A DNA stretch of 64,000 nt from Williopsis jadinii (taxonomy: Eukaryota), in contig AP024664.1 of NCBI GenBank assembly GCA_024346625.1, positions 2,046,001 to 2,110,000 on the forward strand, in the 5' to 3' direction. Of the stretch, positions 9,569-19,921 are shown in pieces. Under the pieces are notes generated by a model. The model saw only the letters and a list, made by a program, of their open reading frames with translations, was not told the DNA's origin and ran no database searches. How positions within the stretch are numbered: position 1 is the stretch's first letter; each line of letters opens with the position of its first letter. The translations under genes and the position numbers were made by a program.

Positions 9569-10915
9569 TTACATTAATACACCCCTGTCCTTTGAATTCA
9601 AAGGTGAATCATCAACGTACCAATTACGTTTCCTCTTGCCAGCTTGTACATATCTGTCCACAGGTGATGAAATGGGCGTGTCATGAATCATTCCATATTC
9701 CCTTTCAGAGAAGACGGACATTGAGCTTGCACTTGGTGGTGTCGTCAAAGGAGATGATTGTGGCATTTGGGGTGGTGCCATGAACTGTGGAGGTTGTTCG
9801 AAAGCTGTAAATGGAACTTCATTGTTGTCGTAATCAGCACTAATGAGATGAAGAAGTAATAACGATAGAATATTTTGATGCACATGGTCTGGAATATCTG
9901 CACCTAACAATGTGGATTCCTCCAATGATGGGAATTGTTCCATTACAAATGCCTTATGCATTATGAACCTTGAAACCGTTGATGCTTGATCGACGTATTT
10001 GTTCAGTAGGGACTGAGAACACTCTTGGAATGCTAATAACAGCACCATGGAGATTTTAGAAATTTCGTAGATTGTATCTTCTGAATAGCCAGAGAGAAAT
10101 GGAGATACAACGGCAGGGAGCTGGTTTTCGAGATCTTCGTCAAACGTAGCATCATCATCGAACTCGTTGACGTATTTCTCCGCTGCTTGGTAAAAATGTA
10201 CTACACCAATGGGCGTGTCCATGACTGAACATGCCAATAGGTTAGCAGCTATAGCTATTAGTGATGGTGGTGCCTGTAGTAGACATCTCTTGTATGTCGA
10301 GATTTCACAAAACATTCTTGCAATCTTTTCAATCTCGTGCTTGGTTGGGATATCCATCATATCTCTATGTATGAGCTGGAGGCAGTCTTCCAACGAAGTG
10401 TGTGATACAGACCATTCCAGGGTACTTAGGATATGACGCTCCATCTGTACAAACGTTTCAGCGTCGTATGCTTCACGGCACATTATGACGAGCTCCTTGA
10501 GTGTTGGCACACGTGATTTTTTATCCTCATACTTCGCAGCTAGCCAGAGTGCCGTGCAACCAACCAATTGGTAGTGTCTTTTGAAGACAACCCTCTTCGA
10601 GCAGTACTTGTCGACGATATTGACAGCCAGGAAATACGTCTGCGGCTCCAGCTTAAACGTCTGATGGATTTCCAACAGGAAGTCCAGGAGGTATGGGCGC
10701 ATGTACCACTTGATCTCTGGCTGGAGGTCGATCATCTCCATCGACACTATTGACGAGCGTTCCAAGTCGCTCAGATGGTGGTTGATCTCCTGTGTATAGT
10801 CCCGAATCGCAACCTCATGGTGCTCACACTCCAACTGTGTAAGGATTGGGTTAGGGTACCGGCGCTTAGGTGCCTTTGGAGGTCCCAATCTGTTATACTG
10901 TGGTGACCAACTCAT
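9569..10915 (-). CDS. CLN3: G1 cyclin, Cln3-like
   Basis: Cyclin box MIDLQPEIKWYMRPYLLDFL...KRVVFKRHYQLVGCTALWLAAKYEDKK; PEST-like S/T-P tail. First ATG 10915 with TATAAAA about 85 bp upstream. Confidence 0.85.
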   Translation of the reverse strand: MSWSPQYNRLGPPKAPKRRYPNPILTQLECEHHEVAIRDYTQEINHHLSDLERSSIVSMEMIDLQPEIKWYMRPYLLDFLLEIHQTFKLEPQTYFLAVNIVDKYCSKRVVFKRHYQLVGCTALWLAAKYEDKKSRVPTLKELVIMCREAYDAETFVQMERHILSTLEWSVSHTSLEDCLQLIHRDMMDIPTKHEIEKIARMFCEISTYKRCLLQAPPSLIAIAANLLACSVMDTPIGVVHFYQAAEKYVNEFDDDATFDEDLENQLPAVVSPFLSGYSEDTIYEISKISMVLLLAFQECSQSLLNKYVDQASTVSRFIMHKAFVMEQFPSLEESTLLGADIPDHVHQNILSLLLLHLISADYDNNEVPFTAFEQPPQFMAPPQMPQSSPLTTPPSASSMSVFSEREYGMIHDTPISSPVDRYVQAGKRKRNWYVDDSPLNSKDRGVLM

Positions 10916-11156
10916 GTCTTCTAGCTTCAACCTTCGACTCCACGGCGTGTGCTTATGGTGTATAGGGAAGTGGTAACAAAAGGAACTGAATAACCTTTTA
11001 TAAAAATGTACCAAGATGGACGAATGAACCTTCAGATTGCAGAAGCAGCAGGAGATTTTTTCCCCTTCCTTTCTCTGTCACTGCTTATTCCCTTGCCTTA
11101 TTACGTGGAAAAGGTGTGAGCGCAGTGGTTGAAGAAAAGTGTCCGTACTTGCTTCG

Positions 11157-11853
11157 ACGCGTTAGGGCACCAACCCGAAAAGAGAGAAAAAAAAGAAAAG
11201 GCCGTTGTACAGTGGGAGAAGGTGAAGGGCCAAAAAAATTTACGCGTTAGGCACAGGAAAGCGCGTTTTGTTTTTCCTTCTCGCCCTAAAATGGGTTCTT
11301 GCTAGGCGGAGAGTGATTCTCCCAGGCAGGACGTAGGCAGGACGTAGGCAGGAGCGAAAAGGCCTAGGGGAGCGTGTTTCGAGAACTTAGGCAGAGGGAA
11401 AAGGGCCCAGGGGGAGCGTGTTTTGGGATTTTACACAGGAAACACGCAATTCCCACAGGGGAGGCGAGCTGAGATGAAGGGAAGGCCCTTGGAAGCACGG
11501 AAAAAAAAACGTACAGAGATGCAAACTGGGCAGGAAGTAAGGGGGAGGGCTCTTGAGGGAGCGACAAACGCGTATCTGAGACGGAATTGCAATGCTCAAC
11601 ACCGTGGTTACTCTGTACATGGTACATACTGTGCTGGGAGTTTAATTGGGAATTCGGGGCGTGAGCTATGGAACACATTGTATCGTTTGTTTATGGGCTT
11701 GTGCGATCTGCATCTCTTGTTGACACTGGACGAACTTTACTTCCCAAAGTGGGACGTGGAGTGTGTACAAGTTGTATACAAGTTGTATACGTGTTGCCTG
11801 GAATAGGAAACACGTCAATTGATGCCCACCAATGCGAGATTTCCTAGTTGGGA
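11157..11853. promoter_or_regulatory. Cell-cycle promoter elements upstream of the G1 cyclin: MCB (ACGCGT) and Mcm1/CArG-like sites
   Basis: ACGCGT at 11157, 11242 and 11568; CCTAAAATGG at 11285-11294; TTTCCTAGTTGGGA at about 11840. Confidence 0.55.
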
Positions 11854-13309
11854 TGTGAGCCATTGGTTTCCTTATCATCTGTGGAGCTCAGAAACACAGG
11901 TTGTCAGTATGCCAAACTAAGACTCTTGTCGTCGTCGATACCGGTCAGGATACATCTCTCGGTTCCCCAATCCGCACTCAATCTCTATAATGGCCCTCAT
12001 GCGGTATTCGACTCCGTCCGGCAGGCCCATGTTCATATACATCGTCTTTCCAGACATCAAACTACAATCAAGCACAGTTTTAGCCCGGAAGCGTACACCA
12101 CAAGGTGATCGATGCCACGACGTCTCTATCTGTGTTGGTCCAATGCCACCAATACGTCATCTGGGGGCCTTTTTGGGCTCATTTTACATGCAGTCCCATC
12201 CCAGACGCGTAGGAAAAGACCCTTTGGAGCTCTACATTGCCTAAAGCGTCTGGAAAGGCTTCCTCTGGGAGCTGGCCATTCCGCAGAACGACGTTTCCTG
12301 ACGCGTCACTGCCGACCTTAAAAGGGTTGGCGCGTCGGTGTTAACATGTCGGCGTTAATCGACTCTAACTCGCTTACTGCGCTGAGATGTTCCGGACATT
12401 AGCTACTGGGCTCAACTGGGAGCGTTCGCTATTTAGCCGTGGACCTCAGTTGTTTTCAACTGCTACATCGTGTTAGCTCAGCTTTCGAACGCTGGATAGG
12501 CCTACCGTTTCTCAAACCGTCCGCAATTTCTGCAAAGTACGCTGGTTCCCGCCTTCCTAAGCCGAACAGAGCACCTGTGTGTGGATCTTGCTTCCTGAAA
12601 TTGGTTATGAACACTGTCAAAAGTGATTTCCAGGCGCTTTTAGCTTTTTCCCTGTGCTAACACCCAAACACCGGCCTGTTTGATGGATGACAGGTCTCAG
12701 GCACACAAGTGGAATGGCACTGTCCTTGTCGTCCTGAATGGGATAAAGTAGGTGTCTACCGACAGTTCTAGAAGTGCTCACGTATGGCTCAACTTGTGGT
12801 ACAGTTATCCACCACAAGTATGGCGACTGAAAGTGCGTATGGGCTCAGATACTGGGCAACACTCTGTAGAGAGCGGTTTGAGGTGTCAAAATTCTCAACT
12901 TTCGGGTGTCAATTCGTTGGACGAGCTAATACCCGCTTGTCATTTGCAACATTTCCTATGAAATTAGGATGGAAGTATTCCGTAGTTATTGATTGTAACT
13001 TTCATTATACCTCTTGTCCATAAATTGAAACAGTGGCAGCATAAAGTTTTAAAAACAGGGCCAAAAAAGGTTATCTAAAAGATCTCCTGTTCCTATATAT
13101 AGTGCTTGGGCAGGAACAAGTGAGCAAAAGATCGATAAAAGGAAGGAGGACAGGGTTTCTGAGACAGATAGCGTTGCAATTGAACCAGTGGATTGAAAAG
13201 ACACCCCATTATACACTCCAGAGCACCACCACTAGTGGTTCCACCTCGACCAGTACTACTGCTATTAATACTCATCACATAGACCGCAAGAAACAAGAAT
13301 ATTGGGAAG

Positions 13310-14205
13310 ATGCAACGACAAGATGGACCACCAGAGTATACGTACATCCAGGCAGCTGCTCCTCACCCAGGTTCCGGATCAACAGTCCCTTACTCTATAA
13401 CTGGGTCTTTTTATTCCCATGAAGTGCCAAATCCTCCTGCTGAGAATACAGAACCAGAGAACGAACTGGACCGTGAATATGAGATTAAAGAACAAGATAG
13501 ATGGTTGCCCATTGCTAACGGTAAGTATCACCAAATCCTCTGCATTATTTCTCCCCTCCATCAACGTTTACTCCACTGAAAGATCTAATACTAACACCCT
13601 TTTCTCCAGTGGCCAGAGTGATGAAGAACGCCCTGCCTCCAGAGAGCAAACTGTCGAAAGAGTCCAAGATGTGCATGCAAGAGTGTGTTTCTGAGTTCAT
13701 CTCATTCGTAACGTCAGGGGCAGTTGATAGATGTCAAGCAGAGAAGAGAAAGACCCTAAATGGCGAAGATGTGCTATATGCCATGTACTCGCTGGGATTC
13801 GAGAACTATGCTGAAGCGTTGAAGATCTACCTGACCAAGTATAGAGAGGCAGAGAGACTCGATGCTGATGCACGCAGAGAGAAGGATAAACGAAAGAGGT
13901 TGCTACGGAAGGAAAGGAAAGAGAGGGAAAGGAAAGAGAAGGAGAGACTGCTGGCTGAACAAGAAGGCGGACAGGAGGCCCAGGTAATGAGCATATTGGA
14001 CACAGGCTCCGCAGGGGAAGAAGAATTCGAATATGACAGTGAAGATACCAAACATCAAAGAGTACACGACACCATCTCCAAGCTACACAACCAAGAGCTC
14101 GTTGACTATGGGCTGGAAGTCGAAGGCGACGAAGATATCTCTGAGTTTGTGATAAACCCGGAATCACCAAATCCAGAGTACGCGGAGGAGCAATTGGACT
14201 TCTAG
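13310..14205 (+). CDS. HAP3: CCAAT-binding factor subunit (NF-YB); join(13310..13520,13610..14205)
   Basis: EQDRWLPIAN|VARVMKNALP...CMQECVSEFISFVTS...EKRKTLNGED. 89-nt intron GTAAGT...TACTAAC...CAG (13521-13609) restores the frame. Confidence 0.95.
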
Positions 14206-14365
14206 GCCATACTGGCAGGCCTCCTGAAGAGCTGATTTTGTGTCGTTACAGGCCATTTTGAGTGTTGATATCTCCAAACCACAAATTCAACTGCTTTGAT
14301 GCTCTCTTTCCTTGTTGATGATGTACAGGGGAAGCCACCGAGACACCAAGGAATCGATAGAACGA

Positions 14366-15562
14366 ATGAGACAGCGCCACGTGATCTCTCTCAGTTGTAT
14401 GGTGCAACTAGTGTGCAGTACCAGCTTTGTCGTCCAGTTCCACAGAGACGTAGACGTTGAAAGCTTTGTTTCCAAGTTCTACATCACGAACCTGGGCCAC
14501 TTGTCTCTGCAAACAGCAGGTGAACTCGACTTGTCGTCTTTCCAGATTGGCGATTTCAAGGGAATCACTGGCAACTTCACCACCGAGACCGTTTCGTCCT
14601 TGTACAACGATCCTAATGTTGTTGCAATCTCCCTTGACCGGGAACTCGTTCTCTCAGAGGTTCAAGAGTATGCGCCACTGCACTTGACCAGGCTTTCCCA
14701 GATGGAGCGGTTACAAGCTGGACAGAGTATGGATTACGTGTATGATCCTAGTGGTGGAATCGGTGTAGATGTCTACATATTAGACTCTGGTATACAGCTG
14801 AACCACCCAGATTTTACACACAGGGTTCATAAAATTGCAGACTATACAGGCCAGAGTGTCAGGGACCAAACAGACCCTGTGGGCCATGGAACGTACATAG
14901 CTGGCGTCATTGGTAGTGAAACCTTTGGTGTGGCCAAGAAGGCCAACTTGTACGATATAAAGGTCACTGACAACAGAGGTCGTACCAAGTTGACAGACGT
15001 TATAAACGCGTTGAACTTGATAGTGAGCGATTCACGCATTACTGAGAGACCATCGGTTGTTGTCATCCCGCTTATAATGAAAAAGAACTTGATATTGAAC
15101 GGTGCCGTTGAGGCCGTTGTCAACGAGGGAATCCCAGTGATAGCGTCTGCTGGTAACGACGGGAAGTCTGCGTGTGACTTCTCTCCGGGAAGCGCAAAGG
15201 GCTCATTAACTGTTGGTGCATTGGATGCACAGGATAGAATTGCCTCCTTCTCCAACTGGGGGCCATGTGTTGATATATTCACATCTGGGGTCTCAGTGGA
15301 GACAACGTCTCTCAGAGGTGGTGCATCGACTTACAAATCTGGAACTTCCCTATCAGCTGGGATCACTGCAGGAATGGTTGCATACTACATGGGAATGGGG
15401 GATACTGGTCCACAAGCTGTTGAAAGAGTTGTTAAATATTCATTGAACGATCACATACCATTGGTGAGCTTAGAGGGGAAACCACAGACCCCCAATAGGA
15501 TCTTGTTCAACAATGAAGGTGAGCCAAGTTGGGGGCCGTCCGAACAAATCAACGTGAATTGA
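14366..15562 (+). CDS. RRT12: Secreted subtilisin-family (S8) protease, Rrt12/Osw3-like
   Basis: Catalytic D (ILDSGI), H (GHGT), oxyanion N (AGND), S (SGTSLSA); I9-like propeptide. Start chosen to give a signal-peptide-like N-terminus; orthology is tentative. Confidence 0.75.
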   Translation: MRQRHVISLSCMVQLVCSTSFVVQFHRDVDVESFVSKFYITNLGHLSLQTAGELDLSSFQIGDFKGITGNFTTETVSSLYNDPNVVAISLDRELVLSEVQEYAPLHLTRLSQMERLQAGQSMDYVYDPSGGIGVDVYILDSGIQLNHPDFTHRVHKIADYTGQSVRDQTDPVGHGTYIAGVIGSETFGVAKKANLYDIKVTDNRGRTKLTDVINALNLIVSDSRITERPSVVVIPLIMKKNLILNGAVEAVVNEGIPVIASAGNDGKSACDFSPGSAKGSLTVGALDAQDRIASFSNWGPCVDIFTSGVSVETTSLRGGASTYKSGTSLSAGITAGMVAYYMGMGDTGPQAVERVVKYSLNDHIPLVSLEGKPQTPNRILFNNEGEPSWGPSEQINVN

Positions 15563-15732
15563 AACTATGGAGGCTATGTTTATACTTAGTGATGTATCTT
15601 ATACTTGTCCCTTTGTTTGCTAAGTGTATACTGTAGACTGTGGTATTTGGAGGTCATGATAATAAAGAAGAAAACTAAAAGTAATTAAATCAAATAAAGA
15701 GAACGAGAACAAGATGATAGGAGGGTATGGGC

Positions 15733-17463
15733 TCATGACGCTGTGGTATCATCTTGTGATTGGATTCCCTTGGATCTGCACAAGGGACAGTTATTCTTAC
15801 CCCTTGTCAACCAAGTGTCTATACATGTTTGATGGTAGAAGTGTCCGCAATTTGGCAACTTGCGAACAATTTCGTTACACTGGTAGTCGGATAGACAAAT
15901 TTGACACCTGTCGTTCAAAGCTGTATGGTCTAAGGTCTTATACTGTGTTGTTCTTAGACTAGATGACTCAGAGCTAACGATTTCAAACAATTGACAGTCG
16001 TGTTTTTCCAACTCTTCAGCGGTGGTGACTTGTGGTTTGACTTGACCAATCAAGTCTTGCAAGTTCAACAAGTCCTCGTAAGTTGGGTTTTCAGACATCA
16101 ATGAAGGGGCTGATAATAACGGATGGTTCCATTCGAATGAGTTGCCCATTACAAATATCACCCAAGAGGTATGTGCAGCCGAGTCTTCATCCTGTGGCGT
16201 TGAAGTAGACCTTGTTGTTGTTTCTGATGACGATGGAGATAGTGTTGGTGATGTTGGATGTGATGCTGTTGGATTTGCAGAAGTTGTTGGAGGTCTGCTG
16301 TTCTCACCACGCATAAACCAGTCAACATTCTCTGGTTGTGGTGTGCTATTGGATGTCGTGGCTGTGGTGTCACGGGGTTGTTGTACCGAGCGTAGCCCAA
16401 TGATCATCACAGGCACAACAGAGTGCTCATTTGCTGTTTGGTTACCATTTGCGCCTTGAGAGGTTTCACTGTCGAATCTAAACGCTCTAAAGAAGGACAT
16501 ATTGTCCGAGCCAGCGTTACGAGTGAGCTCAGTGTTTAGCAGTCCATGGTGCAATTGTGTGACGAACTCTTGGTACGTCGAGTCCTGTGGTGCACCATTG
16601 TCGCCTGTTGATCTCGAAGTGTTATCAAAACGACGACCATTGACCACCGATGATCCCATTAGCCCTCGAAGAGCAGACGAAGCTGCCAGTTCCAAGAGCC
16701 TTGAAAGCATTTCAACTTGGTTGTCGAACGATAATGACCCTTGAGTTGTGCCTGAGTCGTTGGAGTCAGCGGATCCTGAGAGCGATCTATTTTGGGTTGC
16801 CCTAGCAGCTGCCGTGTTTCCTAATCTGGAGGCTATGCTATCCAGCTCATCCATAAAGTGTGCAATTTCATCCTCTCTTCCAGAGGCATCACCAGAGAGT
16901 GAACGAGGCAATGCATCATTGTTACCAGAAGGTGCTGGAACAGCGGCGGAAGCGCCTGTTGCTATCCGCACGTTGTTGTTATCAGTAGCATTGCTATCCA
17001 TGTCAGCACGGGCCTCGTCAATCATGGTATCGAACAGCGACTGTATCGACTCACCATCTCTGTTCCAGAACCTCAGGGTATCCGCCAGTCTGTGTATCCT
17101 ACGTCTCTGACGCGGTCTCTGGCTCTGTGCCGATGATCTTCGTCTTCTCATGCTCGCCATTCTCTGCGAAGCATCCAACATTGCGCTCATCTGCGGTTCA
17201 CCCTCGCTGAGCGCATGCGATTCATCGTGCAACGCCTGTTGAAGTGCCGACTCATTCGCTGCTGGCACTGCTGGCACTGCTGCTACCGTCGTTGCCCCTG
17301 TCGTTGCCACCGGTGCCGCCGTTGCCCCTGTCGTGCCAGTAGACGTCTGACTCATAACCCCGTTGCCAACTCCACTGTTGGAGCCAGAGCTCGCTGATCT
17401 GCCTGCCCGTCCCTGCTGGCCCTCGCCAGATTCGTGCGCCATCCTTGAAGAGAGATTCCCCAT
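15733..17463 (-). CDS. RING-H2 E3 ubiquitin ligase-like protein with a low-complexity N-terminus
   Basis: C-terminal CQICLSDY...CGHFYHQTCIDTWL...CPLC; PTYEDLLNL motif; MGNLSS possible N-myristoylation. Confidence 0.85.
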   Translation of the reverse strand: MGNLSSRMAHESGEGQQGRAGRSASSGSNSGVGNGVMSQTSTGTTGATAAPVATTGATTVAAVPAVPAANESALQQALHDESHALSEGEPQMSAMLDASQRMASMRRRRSSAQSQRPRQRRRIHRLADTLRFWNRDGESIQSLFDTMIDEARADMDSNATDNNNVRIATGASAAVPAPSGNNDALPRSLSGDASGREDEIAHFMDELDSIASRLGNTAAARATQNRSLSGSADSNDSGTTQGSLSFDNQVEMLSRLLELAASSALRGLMGSSVVNGRRFDNTSRSTGDNGAPQDSTYQEFVTQLHHGLLNTELTRNAGSDNMSFFRAFRFDSETSQGANGNQTANEHSVVPVMIIGLRSVQQPRDTTATTSNSTPQPENVDWFMRGENSRPPTTSANPTASHPTSPTLSPSSSETTTRSTSTPQDEDSAAHTSWVIFVMGNSFEWNHPLLSAPSLMSENPTYEDLLNLQDLIGQVKPQVTTAEELEKHDCQLFEIVSSESSSLRTTQYKTLDHTALNDRCQICLSDYQCNEIVRKLPNCGHFYHQTCIDTWLTRGKNNCPLCRSKGIQSQDDTTAS

Positions 17464-17662
17464 CGTTGCTGTGCTGTGTTACACGTTGGCTGTGCTCTTT
17501 CACCGTGTAAGCGTTGTGTCTAAGTGTGTGTGCTGTTGTTGTTGTACGACAAAAGGGAAAAGTCGCAAGGCCGTTGTATGGCGCTTTATCAGGAGCCTCC
17601 CGCCAGCGGCGGGAGGGCGAGGAAAAGAGCGACGGAGGGAGTCTACACCTGGACACCAGTAC

Positions 17663-17750
17663 TTATGTAATGACTTATTAAGCGGCTTACATAAGAGCTT
17701 ACAAAGCACATTACATAAGAGCCTACAAAGCACATTACATAAGAGCTAAC
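17663..17750. repeat. 24-bp tandem repeat carrying TTACATAA, with one inverted copy in the same phase
   Basis: TTATGTAA at 17663; TTACATAA at 17687, 17711 and 17735. Confidence 0.9.
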
Positions 17751-18191
17751 ATAGGCACTGTCGGAAGAGGCACAACACCCAGCACAACAACAAAAGGCCA
17801 CTTCTCCTGACCCGAAACCCAACGGCACTCTCCGTGACTCGGCCTGCCTCCCCGTGTGGGCTCATCCCCAGGCGCACTCCCTCGCACGGTTGAAAGCAAA
17901 CGAGAGCATCCCTCACAAGCGAAGCCGAAGAGGCAAACGCACGGTATTGGTGCGTGCGCTTCCTTCCGCCCGCGCGTTTACCCCGGATTATTGAAACCTG
18001 GTTGTTGGTTGAATGGGAAAATGGGGGTACCAAGGTGATGGAGGCATATTGTTGAAGAGACTCGCTATACGGTCTTCTCCCGTGTTGTATTTAAAAGGGG
18101 GTGTTTCCCCTGAAATTTTTGTTTTCTCCTTTCCCCTTGTTGTACACCCCAAGTTCAAAGTAAAAGGATCAACAAACACCCCCCAGACGAG

Positions 18192-19850
18192 ATGACTGTT
18201 GCTGACAACCCATTCCCAGAGACTCAGGACGTGCTCCAAGGAGTGCAAGTGCGTGCGCGCGTTCCACAGAACGCCCAGCACATCATCACCGCGGACGCGC
18301 TGGCGTTCATTGCGATCTTGCACCGTACTTTCAACAAGACCCGTAAGAGACTGTTGGCGAACCGTCAGGTTGAGCAGTCCAAGCGTGATGCCGGTATCTT
18401 GCCAAACTTCCTTGAGGAGACCAAGTACATCAGAGAGGACCCTACCTGGAAGGGCCCTGTGTTGGGACCAAAGCTTCAGGACAGAAGAACCGAGATCACA
18501 GGCCCAGCTTCCAGATCGATGCTTGTCAATGCGCTGAACGCACACGTTGCGACGTATATGTGTGATATGGAGGATTCTGCCACGCCAACATGGCTCAACA
18601 TGGTTGACGGCCAGGTGAACCTGTACGACGCTGTCAGAAAGCAAATCGACTTCAAGAAGGGCAACAAGGAGTACAAGTTGAACCTCAACAAGCACATTCC
18701 AACGTTGATTGTCCGTCCAAGAGGGTGGCACTTGGAGGAGAAGCACGTGTTGGTTGACGGTGAGCCAGTGTCTGGTTCGATCTTTGACTTTGCATTGTAC
18801 TTCTACCACAACGCCAAGGAGACCATTGCCCAGGGCTTTGGTCCTTACTTCTACTTGCCAAAGATGGAGCACCACCTTGAGGCCAAGCTGTGGAACGACA
18901 TCTTCAACGTTGCTCAGGATTACATCAACATTCCAAGAGGCACCATCCGTGCCACCGTGTTGATCGAGACCTTGCCAGCAGCCTTCCAAATGGATGAAAT
19001 CATCTATCAGTTGCGTGAGCACTCTGCAGGTTTGAACTGTGGTCGTTGGGATTACATCTTCTCCTACATCAAGTGTTTGAGAAACCACCCAGAGTTCATC
19101 TTGCCAGACCGTGCGCAAGTGAACATGACTGTTGGCTTCATGGCTTCTTACGTCAAGCTTTTGATCTACACATGTCACCGTCGTGGTGTCCACGCCATGG
19201 GTGGTATGGCTGCTCAAATTCCAATCAAGGATGATCCAAAGCGTAACGCTGTTGCCATGGCTAACGTTAAGAAGGATAAGCTCAGAGAGTTCAATGCTGG
19301 TCATGACGGTACTTGGATTGCTCATCCAGCTTTGGCTCCAATTGCTAACGAGATCTTCAAGCAAATGCTCACACCAAACCAGATCAATTCCGGTAAGGGT
19401 GTTGAAGGCTACATTCCAATCACCCAACGTGATTTGCTGTCTCCATACGTTGAAGGTGGTGAGATCACCGAGGCTGGTATCAAGGCCAACTTGGTGATTG
19501 GTTTGTCCTACATTGAAGCCTGGTTGCGTGGTGTCGGTTGTGTTCCAATCAACTACTTGATGGAGGATGCTGCCACTGCCGAGGTTTCAAGATCCCAATT
19601 GTACCAATGGGTTAGACATGGTGCTAAGACCAAAGAGGGTAAGATTGTTACCCCAGAGTACACTTCTAAGTTGCTGGGTGAAGTTCAACAACAGTTGGCT
19701 TCGAAGGCTAAGCCAGGTCACAAGTTTGCTGAAGCTGCTAACTACTTCAAGGATGACGTTACCGGCAAGGAGTACCACAACTTCTTGACCACTTTGATCT
19801 ACGATGACGTTACCACTTTGGAGAGATCTACCCCAGCTACAAAGTTGTAA
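18192..19850 (+). CDS. MLS1: Malate synthase (glyoxylate cycle)
   Basis: [61 protein letters not shown]; strong codon bias; ends -TKL. Confidence 0.97.
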   Translation: MTVADNPFPETQDVLQGVQVRARVPQNAQHIITADALAFIAILHRTFNKTRKRLLANRQVEQSKRDAGILPNFLEETKYIREDPTWKGPVLGPKLQDRRTEITGPASRSMLVNALNAHVATYMCDMEDSATPTWLNMVDGQVNLYDAVRKQIDFKKGNKEYKLNLNKHIPTLIVRPRGWHLEEKHVLVDGEPVSGSIFDFALYFYHNAKETIAQGFGPYFYLPKMEHHLEAKLWNDIFNVAQDYINIPRGTIRATVLIETLPAAFQMDEIIYQLREHSAGLNCGRWDYIFSYIKCLRNHPEFILPDRAQVNMTVGFMASYVKLLIYTCHRRGVHAMGGMAAQIPIKDDPKRNAVAMANVKKDKLREFNAGHDGTWIAHPALAPIANEIFKQMLTPNQINSGKGVEGYIPITQRDLLSPYVEGGEITEAGIKANLVIGLSYIEAWLRGVGCVPINYLMEDAATAEVSRSQLYQWVRHGAKTKEGKIVTPEYTSKLLGEVQQQLASKAKPGHKFAEAANYFKDDVTGKEYHNFLTTLIYDDVTTLERSTPATKL

Positions 19851-19921
19851 GAGAATAACTCTGCCTTTTTCACGTCATTATATAGCTTAAAAAACACATT
19901 TTTGTTGATCAAATCAAAAGT

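Noticed and set aside
14279..14287. CCACAAA as an Ndt80/MSE site upstream of the Rrt12-like protease
   Set aside because: Only a partial match to the consensus; could occur by chance.
17687..17750. Regularly spaced repeats as a CRISPR-like array
   Set aside because: Eukaryotic context, near-identical spacers, no cas genes; a simple tandem repeat.
17988..19427. 479-aa ORF antisense to MLS1
   Set aside because: Shadow of a highly codon-biased gene; no recognisable motifs.
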